Below, piece by piece: positions 42,501-57,600 of a stretch of DNA of 64,000 bases (position 1 is its first letter; each line of letters opens with the position of its first letter). The position numbers and the translations under genes were made by a program. A model generated the notes under the pieces. The model saw only the letters and a list, made by a program, of their open reading frames with translations. It was not told where the DNA came from and searched no databases. Location: assembly GCF_009914755.1 (NCBI RefSeq), contig NC_060932.1; one strand, given 5' to 3'. The stretch comes from the human T2T-CHM13v2.0 reference genome, Homo sapiens.

Positions 42501-45500
42501 CATTCTGAGAATCACGTTTGTGATGTGGGTACTCAACTAACAGTGTTGATCCATTCTTTTGATACAGCAGTTTTGAACCACACTTTTTGTAGAATCTGCA
42601 AGAGGATATTTGGATAGCTGTGAGGATTTCGTTGGAAACGGGAATGTCTTCAAAGAAAATCTAGACAGAAGCATTCTCAGAAACACCATCGTGATGTTTG
42701 CAATCAAGTCACAGAGTTGAACCTTCCGTTTCATAGAGCAGGTTGGAAACACTCTTATTGTAGTATCTGGAAGTGGACATTTGGAGCGCTTTCAGGCCTA
42801 TGGTGAAAAAGGAAATATCTTCCCATAAAAACGACATAGAAGCTATCTCAGGAACTTGTTTATGATGCATCTAATCAACTAACAGTGTTGAACCTTTGTA
42901 CTGACAGAGCAGTTTGAAACACTCTTTTTTTGGAATCTGCAAGTGGATATTTGGATCGCTTTGAGGATTTCGTTGGAAACGGGATGCAATATAAAACGTA
43001 CACAGCAGCATACTCAGAAAATACTTTGCCATATTTCCATTCAAGTCACAGAGTGGAATATTCCCATTCATAGAGCAGGTTTGAAACACTCTTTTTGGAG
43101 TATCTGGAAGTGGACATTTGGAGCGCTTTCTGAACTATGGTGAAAAAGGAAATATCTTCCAATGAAAACAAGACAGAAGCATTCTGAGAAACTTATTTGT
43201 GATGTGTGTCCTCAACAAACGGACTTGAACCTTTCGTTTCATGCAGTACTTCTGGAACACTCTTTTTGAAGATTCTGCATGCGGATATTTGGATAGCTTT
43301 GAGGATTTCGTTGGAAACGGGCTTACATGTAAAAATTAGACAGCAGCATTCTCAGAAACTTCTTTGTGGTGTCTGCATTCAAGTCACAGAATTGAACTTC
43401 CCCTCACATAGAGCAGTTGTGCAGCACTCTATTTGTAGTATCTGGAAGTGGACATTTGGAGGGCTTTGTAGCCTATCTGGAAAAAGGAAATATCTTCCCA
43501 TGAATGCGAGATAGAAGTAATCTCAGAAACATGTTTATGCTGTATCTACTCAACTAACTGTGCTGAACATTTCTATTGATAGAGCAGTTTTGAGACACTC
43601 TTCTTTTGGAATCTGCAAGTGGATATTTGGATAGATTTGAGGATTTCGTTGGAAACGGGATTATATATAAAAAGTAGACAGCAGCATTCTCAGAAACTTC
43701 TTTGTGATGTTTGCATCCAGCTCTCAGAGTTGAACATTCCCTTTCATAGAGTAGGTTTGAAACCCTCTTTTTATAGTGTCTGGAAGCGGGCATTTGGAGC
43801 GCTTTCAGGCCTATGCTGAAAAAGGAAATATCTACCTATAGAAACTAGACAGAAGCATTCTGAGAATCACGTTTGTGATGTGGGTACTCAACTAACAGTG
43901 TTGATCCATTCTTTTGATACAGCAGTTTTGAACCACACTTTTTGTAGAATCTGCAAGTGGATATTTGGATAGCTGTGAGGATTTCGTTGGAAACGGGAAT
44001 GTCTTCATAGAAAATTTAGACAGAAGCATTCTCAGAACCTTGATTGTGATGTGTGTTCTCCACTAACAGAGTTGAACCTTTCTTTTGACAGAACTGTTCT
44101 GAAACATTCTTTTTATAGAATCTGGAAGTGGATATTTGGAAAGCTTTGAGGATTTCGTTGGAAACGGGAATATCTTCAAATAAAATCTAGCCAGAAGCAT
44201 TCTAAGAAACATCTTAGGGATGTTTACATTCAAGTCACAGAGTTGAACATTCCCTTTCACAGAGCAGGTTTGAAACAATCTTCTCGTACTATCTGGCAGT
44301 GGACATTTTGAGCTCCTTGGGGCCTATGCTGAAAAAGGAAATATCTTCCGACAAAAACTAGACAGAAGCATTCGCAGAATCACGTTTGTGATGTGTGCAC
44401 TCAACTGTCAGAATTGAACCTTGGTTTGGACAGAGCACTTTTGAAACACTCTTTTTGTAGAATCTGCAGGTGGATATTTGGCTACCTTTGAGGATTTCGT
44501 TGGAAACGGTAATGTCTTCAAAGAAAATCTAGACAGAAGCATTCTCAGAAACACCTTCGTGATGTTTGCAATCAAGTCACAGAGTTGAACCTTCCGTTTC
44601 ATAGAGCAGGTTGGAAACACTCTTTTTGTAGTATCTGGAAGTGGACATTTGGAGGGCTTTGTAGCCTATCTGGAAAAAGGAAATATCTTCCCATGAATGC
44701 GAGATAGAAGTAATCTCAGAAACATGTTTATGCTGTATCTACTCAACTAACTGTGCTGAACATTTCTATTGATAGAGCAGTTTTGAGACACTCTTCTTTT
44801 GGAATCTGCAAGTGGATATTTGGATAGATTTGAGGATTTCGTTGGAAACGGGATTATATATAAAAAGTAGACAGCAGCATTCTCAGAAACTTCTTTGTGA
44901 TGTTTGCATCCAGCTCTCAGAGTTGAACATTCCCTTTCATAGAGTAGGTTTGAAACCCTCTTTTTATAGTGTCTGGAAGCGGGCATTTGGAGCGCTTTCA
45001 GGGCTATGCTTAAAATAGGAAATATCTACCTACAGAAACTAGACAGAAGCATCTGAGAATCACGTTTGTGATGTGGGTACTCAACTAACAGTGTTGATCC
45101 ATTCTTTTGATACAGCAGTTTTGAACCACACTTTTTGTAGAATCTGCAAGAGGATATTTGGATAGCTGTGAGGATTTCGTTGGAAACGGGAATGTCTTCA
45201 AAGAAAATCTAGACAGAAGCATTCTCAGAAACACCTTCGTGATGTTTGCAATCAAGTCACAGAGTTGAACCTTCCGTTTCATAGAGCAGGTTGGAAACAC
45301 TCTTATTGTAGTATCTGGAAGTGGACATTTGGAGCGCTTTCAGGCCTATGGTGAAAAAGGAAATATCTTCCCATAAAAACGACATAGAAGCTATCTCAGG
45401 AACTTGTTTATGATGCATCTAATCAACTAACAGTGTAGAACCTTTGTACTGACAGAGCAGTTTGAAACACTCTTTTTTTGGAATCTGCAAGTGGATATTT

Positions 45501-48500
45501 GGATCGCTTTGAGGATTTCGTTGGAAACGGGATGGAATATAAAACGTACACAGCAGCATACTCAGAAAATACTTTGCCATATTTCCATTCAAGTCACAGA
45601 GTGGAACATTCCCATTCATAGAGCAGGTTTGAAACACTCTTTTTGGAGTATCTGGAAGTGGACATTTGGAGCGCTTTCTGAACTATGGTGAAAAAGGAAA
45701 TATCTTCCAATGAAAACAAGACAGAAGCATTCTGAGAAACTTATTTGTGATGTGTGTCCTCAACAAACGGACTTGAACCTTTCGTTTCATGCAGTACTTC
45801 TGGAACACTCTTTTTGAAGATTCTGCATGCGGATATTTGGATTGCTTTGAGGATTTCGTTGGAAACGGGCTTACATGTAAAAATTAGACAGCAGCATTCT
45901 CAGAAACTTCTTTGTGGTGTCTGCATTCAAGTCACAGAATTGAACTTCCCCTCACATAGAGCAGTTGTGCAGCACTCTATTTGTAGTATCTGGAAGTGGA
46001 CATTTGGAGGGCTTTGTAGCCTATCTGGAAAAAGGAAATATCTTCCCATGAATGCGAGATAGAAGTAATCTCAGAAACATGTTTATGCTGTATCTACTCA
46101 ACTAACTGTGCTGAACATTTCTGTTGATAGAGCAGTTTTGAGACACTCTTCTTTTGGAATCTGCAAGTGGATATTTGGATAGATTTGAGGATTTCGTTGG
46201 AAACGGGATTATATATAAAAAGTAGACAGCAGCATTCTCAGAAACTTCTTTGTGATGTTTGCATCCAGCTCTCAGAGTTGAACATTCCCTTTCATAGAGT
46301 AGGTTTGAAACCCTCTTTTTATAGTGTCTGGAAGCGGGCATTTGGAGCGCTTTCAGGCCTATGCTTAAAATAGGAAATATCTACCTACAGAAACTAGACA
46401 GAAGCATTCTGAGAATCACGTTTGTGATGTGGGTACTCAACTAACAGTGTTGATCCATTCTTTTGATACAGCAGTTTTGAACCACACTTTTTGTAGAATC
46501 TGCAAGTGGATATTTGGATAGCTGTGAGGATTTCGTTGGAAACGGGAATGTCTTCAAAGAAAATCTAGACAGAAGCATTCTCAGAAACACCTTCGTGATG
46601 TTTGCAATCAAGTCACAGAGTTGAACCTTCCGTTTCATAGAGCAGGTTGGAAACACTCTTATTGTAGTATCTGGAAGTGGACATTTGGAGCGCTTTCAGG
46701 CCTATGGTGAAAAAGGAAATATCTTCCCATAAAAACGACATAGAAGCTATCTCAGGAACTTGTTTATGATGCATCTAATCAACTAACAGTGTTGAACCTT
46801 TGTACTGACAGAGCAGTTTGAAACACTCTTTTTTTGGAATCTGCAAGTGGATATTTGGATCGCTTTGAGGATTTCGTTGGAAACGGGATGGAATATAAAA
46901 CGTACACAGCAGCATACTCAGAAAATACTTTGCCATATTTCCATTCAAGTCACAGAGTGGAACATTCCCATTCATAGAGCAGGTTTGAAACACTCTTTTT
47001 GGAGTATCTGGAAGTGGACATTTGGAGCGCTTTCTGAACTATGGTGAAAAAGGAAATATCTTCCAATGAAAACAAGACAGAAGCATTCTGAGAAACTTAT
47101 TTGTGATGTGTGTCCTCAACAAACGGACTTGAACCTTTCGTTTCATGCAGTACTTCTGGAACACTCTTTTTGAAGATTCTGCATGCGGATATTTGGATAG
47201 CTTTGAGGATTTCGTTGGAAACGGGCTTACATGTAAAAATTAGACAGCAGCATTCTCAGAAACTTCTTTGTGGTGTCTGCATTCAAGTCACAGAATTGAA
47301 CTTCCCCTCACATAGAGCAGTTGTGCAGCACTCTATTTGTAGTATCTGGAAGTGGACATTTGGAGGGCTTTGTAGCCTATCTGGAAAAAGGAAATATCTT
47401 CCCATGAATGCGAGATAGAAGTAATCTCAGAAACATGTTTATGCTGTATCTACTCAACTAACTGTGCTGAACATTTCTATTGATAGAGCAGTTTTGAGAC
47501 ACTCTTCTTTTGGAATCTGCAAGTGGATATTTGGATAGATTTGAGGATTTCGTTGGAAACGGGATTATATATAAAAAGTAGACAGCAGCATTCTCAGAAA
47601 CTTCTTTGTGATGTTTGCATCCAGCTCTCAGAGTTGAACATTCCCTTTCATAGAGTAGGTTTGAAACCCTCTTTTTATAGTGTCTGGAAGCGGGCATTTG
47701 GAGCGCTTTCAGGCCTATGCTGAAAAAGGAAATATCTACCTATAGAAACTAGACAGAAGCATTCTGAGAATCACGTTTGTGATGTGGGTACTCAACTAAC
47801 AGTGTTGATCCATTCTTTTGATACAGCAGTTTTGAACCACACTTTTTGTAGAATCTGCAAGTGGATATTTGGATAGCTGTGAGGATTTCGTTGGAAACGG
47901 GAATGTCTTCAAAGAAAATCTAGAGAGAAGCATTCTCAGAACCTTGATTGTGATGTGTGTTCTCCACTAACAGAGTTGAACCTTTCTTTTGACAGAACTG
48001 TTCTGAAACATTCTTTTTATAGAATCTGGAAGTGGATATTTGGAAAGCTTTGAGGATTTCGTTGGAAACGGGAATATCTTCAAATAAAATCTAGCCAGAA
48101 GCATTCTAAGAAACATCTTAGGGATGTTTACATTCAAGTCACAGAGTTGAACATTCCCTTTCACAGAGCAGGTTTGAAACAATCTTCTCGTACTATCTGG
48201 CAGTGGACATTTTGAGCTCCTTGGGGCCTATGCTGAAAAAGGAAATATCTTCCGACAAAAACTAGACAGAAGCATTCGCAGAATCACGTTTGTGATGTGT
48301 GCACTCAACTGTCAGAATTGAACCTTGGTTTGGACAGAGCACTTTTGAAACACTCTTTTTGTAGAATCTGCAGGTGGATATTTGGCTAGCTTTGAGGATT
48401 TCGTTGGAAACGGTAATGTCTTCAAAGAAAATCTAGACAGAAGCATTCTCAGAAACACCTTCGTGATGTTTGCAATCAAGTCACAGAGTTGAACCTTCCG

Positions 48501-51500
48501 TTTCATAGAGCAGGTTGGAAACACTCTTTTTGTAGTATCTGGAAGTGGACATTTGGAGGGCTTTGTAGCCTATCTGGAAAAAGGAAATATCTTCCCATGA
48601 ATGCGAGATAGAAGTAATCTCAGAAACATGTTTATGCTGTATCTACTCAACTAACTGTGCTGAACATTTCTATTGATAGAGCAGTTTTGAGACACTCTTC
48701 TTTTGGAATCTGCAAGTGGATATTTGGAGAGATTTGAGGATTTCGTTGGAAACGGGATTATATATAAAAAGTAGACAGCAGCATTCTCAGAAACTTCTTT
48801 GTGATGTTTGCATCCAGCTCTCAGAGTTGAACATTCCCTTTCATAGAGTAGGTTTGAAACCCCCTTTTTATAGTGTCTGGAAGCGGGCATTTGGAGCGCT
48901 TTCAGGCCTATGCTTAAAATAGGAAATATCTACCTACAGAAACTAGACAGAAGCATTCTGAGAATCACGTTTGTGATGTGGGTACTCAACTAACAGTGTT
49001 GATCCATTCTTTTGATACAGCACTTTTGAACCACACTTTTTGTAGAATCTGCAAGAGGATATTTGGATAGCTGTGAGGATTTCGTTGGAAACGGGAATGT
49101 CTTCAAAGAAAATCTAGACAGAAGCATTCTCAGAAACACCTTCGTGATGTTTGCAATCAAGTCACAGAGTTGAACCTTCCGTTTCATAGAGCAGGTTGGA
49201 AACACTCTTATTGTAGTATCTGGAAGTGGACATTTGGAGCGCTTTCAGGCCTATGGTGAAAAAGGAAATATCTTCCCATAAAAACGACATAGAAGCTATC
49301 TCAGGAACTTGTTTATGATGCATCTAATCAACTAACAGTGTTGAACCTTTGTACTGACAGAGCAGTTTGAAACACTCTTTTTTTGGAATCTGCAAGTGGA
49401 TATTTGGATCGCTTTGAGGATTTCGTTGGAAACGGGATGCAATATAAAACGTACACAGCAGCATACTCAGAAAATACTTTGCCATATTTCCATTCAAGTC
49501 ACAGAGTGGAACATTCCCATTCATAGAGCAGGTTTGAAACACTCTTTTTGGAGTATCTGGAAGTGGACATTTGGAGCGCTTTCTGAACTATGGTGAAAAA
49601 GGAAATATCTTCCAATGAAAACAAGACAGAAGCATTCTGAGAAACTTATTTGTGATGTGTGTCCTCAACAAACGGACTTGAACCTTTCGTTTCATGCAGT
49701 ACTTCTGGAACACTCTTTTTGAAGATTCTGCATGCGGATATTTGGATAGCTTTGAGGATTTCGTTGGAAACGGGCTTACATGTAAAAATTAGACAGCAGC
49801 ATTCTCAGAAACTTCTTTGTGGTGTCTGCATTCAAGTCACAGAATTGAACTTCCCCTCACATAGAGCAGTTGTGCAGCACTCTATTTGTAGTATCTCGAA
49901 GTGGACATTTGGAGGGCTTTGTAGCCTATCTGGAAAAAGGAAATATCTTCCCATGAATGCGAGATAGAAGTAATCTCAGAAACATGTTTATGCTGTATCT
50001 ACTCAACTAACTGTGCTGAACATTTCTATTGATAGAGCAGTTTTGAGACACTCTTCTTTTGGAATCTGCAAGTGGATATTTGGATAGATTTGAGGATTTC
50101 GTTGGAAACGGGATTATATATAAAAAGTAGACAGCAGCATTCTCAGAAACTTCTTTGTGATGTTTGCATCCAGCTCTCAGAGTTGAACATTCCCTTTCAT
50201 AGAGTAGGTTTGAAACCCTCTTTTTATAGTGTCTGGAAGCGGGCATTTGGAGCGCTTTCAGGCCTATGCTTAAAATAGGAAATATCTACCTACAGAAACT
50301 AGACAGAAGCATTCTGAGAATCACGTTTGTGATGTGGGTACTCAACTAACAGTGTTGATCCATTCTTTTGATACAGCAGTTTTGAACCACACTTTTTGTA
50401 GAATCTGCAAGAGGATATTTGGATAGCTGTGAGGATTTCGTTGGAAACGGGAATGTCTTCAAAGAAAATCTAGACAGAAGCATTCTCAGAAACACCTTCG
50501 TGATGTTTGCAATCAAGTCACAGAGTTGAACCTTCCGTTTCATAGAGCAGGTTGGAAACACTCTTATTGTAGTATCTGGAAGTGGACATTTGGAGCGCTT
50601 TCAGGCCTATGGTGAAAAAGGAAATATCTTCCCATAAAAACGACATAGAAGCTATCTCAGGAACTTGTTTATGATGCATCTAATCAACTAACAGTGTTGA
50701 ACCTTTGTACTGACAGAGCAGTTTGAAACACTCTTTTTTTGGAATCTGCAAGTGGATATTTGGATCGCTTTGAGGATTTCGTTGGAAACGGGATGCAATA
50801 TAAAACGTACACAGCAGCATACTCAGAAAATACTTTGCCATATTTCCATTCAAGTCACAGAGTGGAACATTCCCATTCATAGAGCAGGTTGGAAACACTC
50901 TTTTTGGAGTATCTGGAAGTGGACATTTGGAGCGCTTTCTGAACTATGGTGAAAAAGGAAATATCTTCCAATGAAAACAAGACAGAAGCATTCTGAGAAA
51001 CTTATTTGTGATGTGTGTCCTCAACAAACGGACTTGAACCTTTCGTTTCATGCAGTACTTCTGGAACACTCTTTTTGAAGATTCTGCATGCGGATATTTG
51101 GATAGCTTTGAGGATTTCGTTGGAAACGGGCTTACATGTAAAAATTAGACAGCAGCATTCTCAGAAACTTCTTTGTGGTGTCTGCATTCAAGTCACAGAA
51201 TTGAACTTCCCCTCACATAGAGCAGTTGTGCAGCACTCTATTTGTAGTATCTCGAAGTGGACATTTGGAGGGCTTTGTAGCCTATCTGGAAAAAGGAAAT
51301 ATCTTCCCATGAATGCGAGATAGAAGTAATCTCAGAAACATGTTTATGCTGTATCTACTCAACTAACTGTGCTGAACATTTCTATTGATAGAGCAGTTTT
51401 GAGACACTCTTCTTTTGGAATCTGCAAGTGGATATTTGGATAGATTTGAGGATTTCGTTGGAAACGGGATTATATATCAAAAGTAGACAGCAGCATTCTC

Positions 51501-51664
51501 AGAAACTTCTTTGTGATGTTTGCATCCAGCTCTCAGAGTTGAACATTCCCTTTCATAGAGTAGGTTTGAAACCCTCTTTTTATAGTGTCTGGAAGCGGGC
51601 ATTTGGAGCGCTTTCAGGCCTATGCTGAAAAAGGAAATATCTACCTATAGAAACTAGACAGAAG
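42501..51664 (+). repeat. Mixed HORs in the order 8,7,8,8,7,8,8
   Basis: Unit starts are at 42501, 43856, 45050, 46405, 47760, 48954 and 50310. Confidence 0.88.
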
Positions 51665-54600
51665 CATTCTGAGAATCACGTTTGTGATGTGGGTACTCAA
51701 CTAACAGTGTTGATCCATTCTTTTGATACAGCAGTTTTGAACCACACTTTTTGTAGAATCTGCAAGTGGATATTTGGATAGCTGTGAGGATTTCGTTGGA
51801 AACGGGAATGTCTTCATAGAAAATGTAGACAGAAGCATTCTCAGAACCTTAATTGTGATGTGTGTTCTCCACTAACAGAGTTGAACTTTTCTTTTGACAG
51901 AACTGTTCTGAAACATTCTTTTTATAGAGTCTGGAAGAGGATATTTGGAAAGCTTTGAGGATTTCGTTGGAAACGGGAATATCTTCAAATAAAATCTAGC
52001 CAGAAGCATTCTAAGAAACATCTTAGGGATGTTTACATTCAAGTCACAGAGTTGAACATTCCCTTTCACAGAGCAGGTTTGAAACAATCTTCTCGTACTA
52101 TCTGGCAGTGGACATTTTGAGCTCCTTGGGGCCTATGCTGAAAAAGGAAATATCTTCCGACAAAAACTAGACAGAAGCATTCGCAGAATCACGTTTGTGA
52201 TGTGTGCACTCAACTGTCAGAATTGAACCTTGGTTTGGACAGAGCACTTTTGAAACACTCTTTTTGTAGAATCTGCAGGTGGATATTTGGCTAGATTTGA
52301 GGATTTCGTTGGAAACGGTAATGTCTTCAAAGAAAATCTAGACAGAAGCATTCTCAGAAACACCTTCGTGATGTTTGCAATCAAGTCACAGAGTTGAACC
52401 TTCCGTTTCATAGAGCAGGTTGGAAACACTCTTTTTGTAGTATCTGGAAGTGGACATTTGGAGCGCTTTCAGGCCTATGGTGAAAAAGGAAATATCTTCC
52501 CATAAAAACGACATAGAAGCTATCTCAGGAACTTGTTTATGATGCATCTAATCAACTAACAGTGTTGAACCTTTGTACTGACAGAGCAGTTTGAAACACT
52601 CTTTTTTTGGAATCTGCAAGTGGATATTTGGATCGCTTTGAGGATTTCGTTGGAAACGGGATGCAATATAAAACGTACACAGCAGCATACTCAGAAAATA
52701 CTTTGCCATATTTCCATTCAAGTCACAGAGTGGAACATTCCCATTCATAGAGCAGGTTGGAAACACTCTTTTTGGAGTATCTGGAAGTGGACATTTGGAG
52801 CGCTTTCTGAACTATGGTGAAAAAGGAAATATCTTCCAATGAAAACAAGACAGAAGCATTCTGAGAAACTTATTTGTGATGTGTGTCCTCAACAAACGGT
52901 CTTGAACCTTTCGTTTCATGCAGTACTTCTGGAACACTCTTTTTGAAGATTCTGCATGCGGATATTTGGATAGCTTTGAGGATTTCGTTGGAAACGGGCT
53001 TACATGTAAAAATTAGACAGCAGAATTCTCAGAAACTTCTTTGTGGTGTCTGCATTCAAGTCACAGAATTGAACTTCACCTCACATAGAGCAGTTGTGCA
53101 GCACTCTATTTGTAGTATCTCAAAGTGGACATTTTGGAGGGCTTTGTAGCCTATCTGGAAAAAGGAAATATCTTCCCATGAATGCGAGATAGAAGTAATC
53201 TCAGAAACATGTTTATGCTGTATCTACTCAACTAACTGTGCTGAACATTTCTATTGATAGAGCAGTTTTGAGACACTCTTCTTTTGGAATCTGCAAGTGG
53301 ATATTTGGATAGATTTGAGGATTTCGTTGGAAACGGGATTATATATAAAAAGTAGACAGCAGCATTCTCAGAAACTTCTTTGTGATGTTTGCATCCAGCT
53401 CTCAGAGTTGAACATTCCCTTTCATAGAGTAGGTTTGAAACCCTCTTTTTATAGTGTCTGGAAGCGGGCATTTGGAGCGCTTTCAGGCCTATGCTGAAAA
53501 AGGAAATATCTACCTATACAAACTAGACAGAAGCATTCTGAGAATCACGTTTGTGATGTGGGTACTCAACTAACAGTGTTGATCCATTCTTTTGATACAG
53601 CAGTTTTGAACCACATTTTTTGTAGAATCTGCAAGTGGATATTTGGATAGCTGTGAGGATTTCGTTGGAAACGGGAATGTCTTCATAGAAAATTTAGACA
53701 GAAGCATTCTCAGAACCTTGATTGTGATGTGTGTTCTCCACTAACAGAGTTGAACCTTTCTTTTGACAGAACTGTTCTGAAACATTCTTTTTATAGAATC
53801 TGGAAGTGGATATTTGGAAAGCTTTGAGGATTTCATTGGAAACGGGAATATCTTCAAATAAAATCTAGCCAGAAGCATTCTAAGAAACATCTTAGGGATG
53901 TTTACATTCAAGTCACAGAGTTGAACATTCCCTTTCACAGAGCAGGTTTGAAACAATCTTCCCGTACTATCTGGCAGTGGACATTATGAGCTCCTTGGGG
54001 CCTATGCTGAAAAAGGAAATATCTTCCGACAAAAACTAGACAGAAGCATTCGCAGAATCACGTTTGTGATGTGTGCACTCAACTGTCAGAATTGAACCTT
54101 GGTTTGGACAGAGCACTTTTGAAACACTCTTTTTGTAGAATCTGCAGGTGGATATTTGGCTAGCTTTGAGGATTTCGTTGGAAACGGTAATGTCTTCAAA
54201 GAAAATCTAGACAGAAGCATTCTCAGAAACACCTTCGTGATGTTTGCAATCAAGTCACAGAGTTGAACCTTCCGTTTCATAGAGCAGGTTGGAAACACTC
54301 TTTTTGTAGTATCTGGAAGTGGACATTTGGAGGGCTTTGTAGCCTATCTGGAAAAAGGAAATATCTTCCCATGAATGCGAGATAGAAGTAATCTCAGAAA
54401 CATGTTTATGCTGTATCTACTCAACTAACTGTGCTGAACATTTCTATTGATAGAGCAGTTTTGAGACACTCTTCTTTTGGAATCTGCAAGTGGATATTTG
54501 GAGAGATTTGAGGATTTCGTTGGAAACGGGATTATATATAAAAAGTAGACAGCAGCATTCTCAGAAACTTCTTTGTGATGTTTGCATCCAGCTCTCAGAG

Positions 54601-57600
54601 TTGAACATTCCCTTTCATAGAGTAGGTTTGAAACCCTCTTTTTATAGTGTCTGCAAGCGGGCATTTGGAGCGCATTCAGGCCTGTGCTTAAAATAGGAAA
54701 TATCTACCTACAGAAACTAGACAGAAGCATTCTGAGAATCACGTTTGTGATGTGGGTACTCAACTAACAGTGTTGATCCATTCTTTTGATACAGCAGTTT
54801 TGAACCACACTTTTTGTAGAATCTGCAAGAGGATATTTGGATAGCTGTGAGGATTTCGTTGGAAACGGGAATGTCTTCAAAGAAAATCTAGACAGAAGCA
54901 TTCTCAGAAACACCTTCGTGATGTTTGCAATCAAGTCACAGAGTTGAACCTTCCGTTTCATAGAGCAGGTTGGAAACACTCTTATTGTAGTATCTGGAAG
55001 TGGACATTTGGAGCGCTTTCAGGCCTATGGTGAAAAAGGAAATATCTTCCCATAAAAACGACATAGAAGCTATCTCAGGAACTTGTTTATGATGCATCTA
55101 ATCAACTAACAGTGTTGAACCTTTGTACTGACAGAGCAGTTTGAAACACTCTTTTTTTGGAATCTGCAAGTGGATATTTGGATCGCTTTGAGGATTTCGT
55201 TGGAAACGGGATGCAATATAAAACGTACACAGCAGCATACTCAGAAAATACTTTGCCATATTTCCATTCAAGTCACAGAGTGGAACATTCCCATTCATAG
55301 AGCAGGTTTGAAACACTCTTTTTGGAGTATCTGGAAGTGGACATTTGGAGCGCTTTCTGAACTATGGTGAAAAAGGAAATATCTTCCAATGAAAACAAGA
55401 CAGAAGCATTCTGAGAAACTTATTTGTGATGTGTGTCCTCAACAAACGGACTTGAACCTTTCGTTTCATGCAGTACTTCTGGAACACTCTTTTTGAAGAT
55501 TCTGCATGCGGATATTTGGATAGCTTTGAGGATTTCGTTGGAAACGGGCTTACATGTAAAAATTAGACAGCAGCATTCTCAGAAACTTCTTTGTGGTGTC
55601 TGCATTCAAGTCACAGAATTGAACTTCCCCTCACATAGAGCAGTTGTGCAGCACTCTATTTGTAGTATCTGGAAGTGGACATTTGGAGGGCTTTGTAGCC
55701 TATCTGGAAAAAGGAAATATCTTCCCATGAATGCGAGATAGAAGTAATCTCAGAAACATGTTTATGCTGTATCTACTCAACTAACTGTGCTGAACATTTC
55801 TATTGATAGAGCAGTTTTGAGACACTCTTCTTTTGGAATCTGCAAGTGGATATTTGGATAGATTTGAGGATTTCGTTGGAAACGGGATTATATATAAAAA
55901 GTAGACAGCAGCATTCTCAGAAACTTCTTTGTGATGTTTGCATCCAGCTCTCAGAGTTGAACATTCCCTTTCATAGAGTAGGTTTGAAACCCTCTTTTTA
56001 TAGTGTCTGGAAGCGGGCATTTGGAGCGCTTTCAGGCCTATGCTGAAAAAGGAAATATCTACCTATAGAAACTAGACAGAAGCATTCTGAGAATCACGTT
56101 TGTGATGTGGGTACTCAACTAACAGTGTTGATCCATTCTTTTGATACAGCAGTTTTGAACCACACTTTTTGTAGAATCTGCAAGTGGATATTTGGATAGC
56201 TGTGAGGATTTCGTTGGAAACGGGAATGTCTTCATAGAAAATGTAGACAGAAGCATTCTCAGAACCTTGATTGTGATGTGTGTTCTCCACTAACAGAGTT
56301 GAACCTTTCTTTTGACAGAACTGTTCTGAAACATTCTTTTTATAGAATCTGGAAGTGGATATTTGGAAAGCTTTGAGGATTTCGTTGGAAACGGGAATAT
56401 CTTCAAATAAAATCTAGCCAGAAGCATTCTAAGAAACATCTTAGGGATGTTTACATTCAAGTCACAGAGTTGAACATTCCCTTTCACAGAGCAGGTTTGA
56501 AACAATCTTCTCGTACTATCTGGCAGTGGACATTTTGAGCTCCTTGGGGCCTATGCTGAAAAAGGAAATATCTTCCGACAAAAACTAGACAGAAGCATTC
56601 GCAGAATCACGTTTGTGATGTGTGCACTCAACTGTCAGAATTGAACCTTGGTTTGGACAGAGCACTTTTGAAACACTCTTTTTGTAGAATCTGCAGGTGG
56701 ATATTTGGCTAGCTTTGAGGATTTCGTTGGAAACGGGAATGTCTTCAAAGAAAATCTAGACAGAAGCATTCTCAGAAACACCTTCGTGATGTTTGCAATC
56801 AAGTCACAGAGTTGAACCTTCCGTTTCATAGAGCAGGTTGGAAACACTCTTATTGTAGTATCTGGAAGTGGACATTTGGAGCGCTTTCAGGCCTATGGTG
56901 AAAAAGGAAATATCTTCCCATAAAAACGACATAGAAGCTATCTCAGGAACTTGTTTATGATGCATCTAATCAACTAACAGTGTTGAACCTTTGTACTGAC
57001 AGAGCAGTTTGAAACACTCTTTTTTTGGAATCTGCAAGTGGATATTTGGATCGCTTTGAGGATTTCGTTGGAAACGGGATGCAATATAAAACGTACACAG
57101 CAGCATACTCAGAAAATACTTTGCCATATTTCCATTCAAGTCACAGAGTGGAACATTCCCATTCATAGAGCAGGTTTGAAACACTCTTCTTGGAGTATCT
57201 GGAAGTGGACATTTGGAGCGCTTTCTGAACTATGGTGAAAAAGGAAATATCTTCCAATGAAAACAAGACAGAAGCATTCTGAGAAACTTATTTGTGATGT
57301 GTGTCCTCAACAAACGGACTTGAACCTTTCGTTTCATGCAGTACTTCTGGAACACTCTTTTTGAAGATTCTGCATGCGGATATTTGGATAGCTTTGAGGA
57401 TTTCGTTGGAAACGGGCTTACATGTAAAAATTAGACAGCAGCATTCTCAGAAACTTCTTTGTGGTGTCTGCATTCAAGTCACAGAATTGAACATCCCCTC
57501 ACATAGAGCAGTTGTGCAGCACTCTATTTGTAGTATCTGGAAGTGGACATTTGGAGGGCTTTGTAGCCTATCTGGAAAAAGGAAATATCTTCCCATGAAT

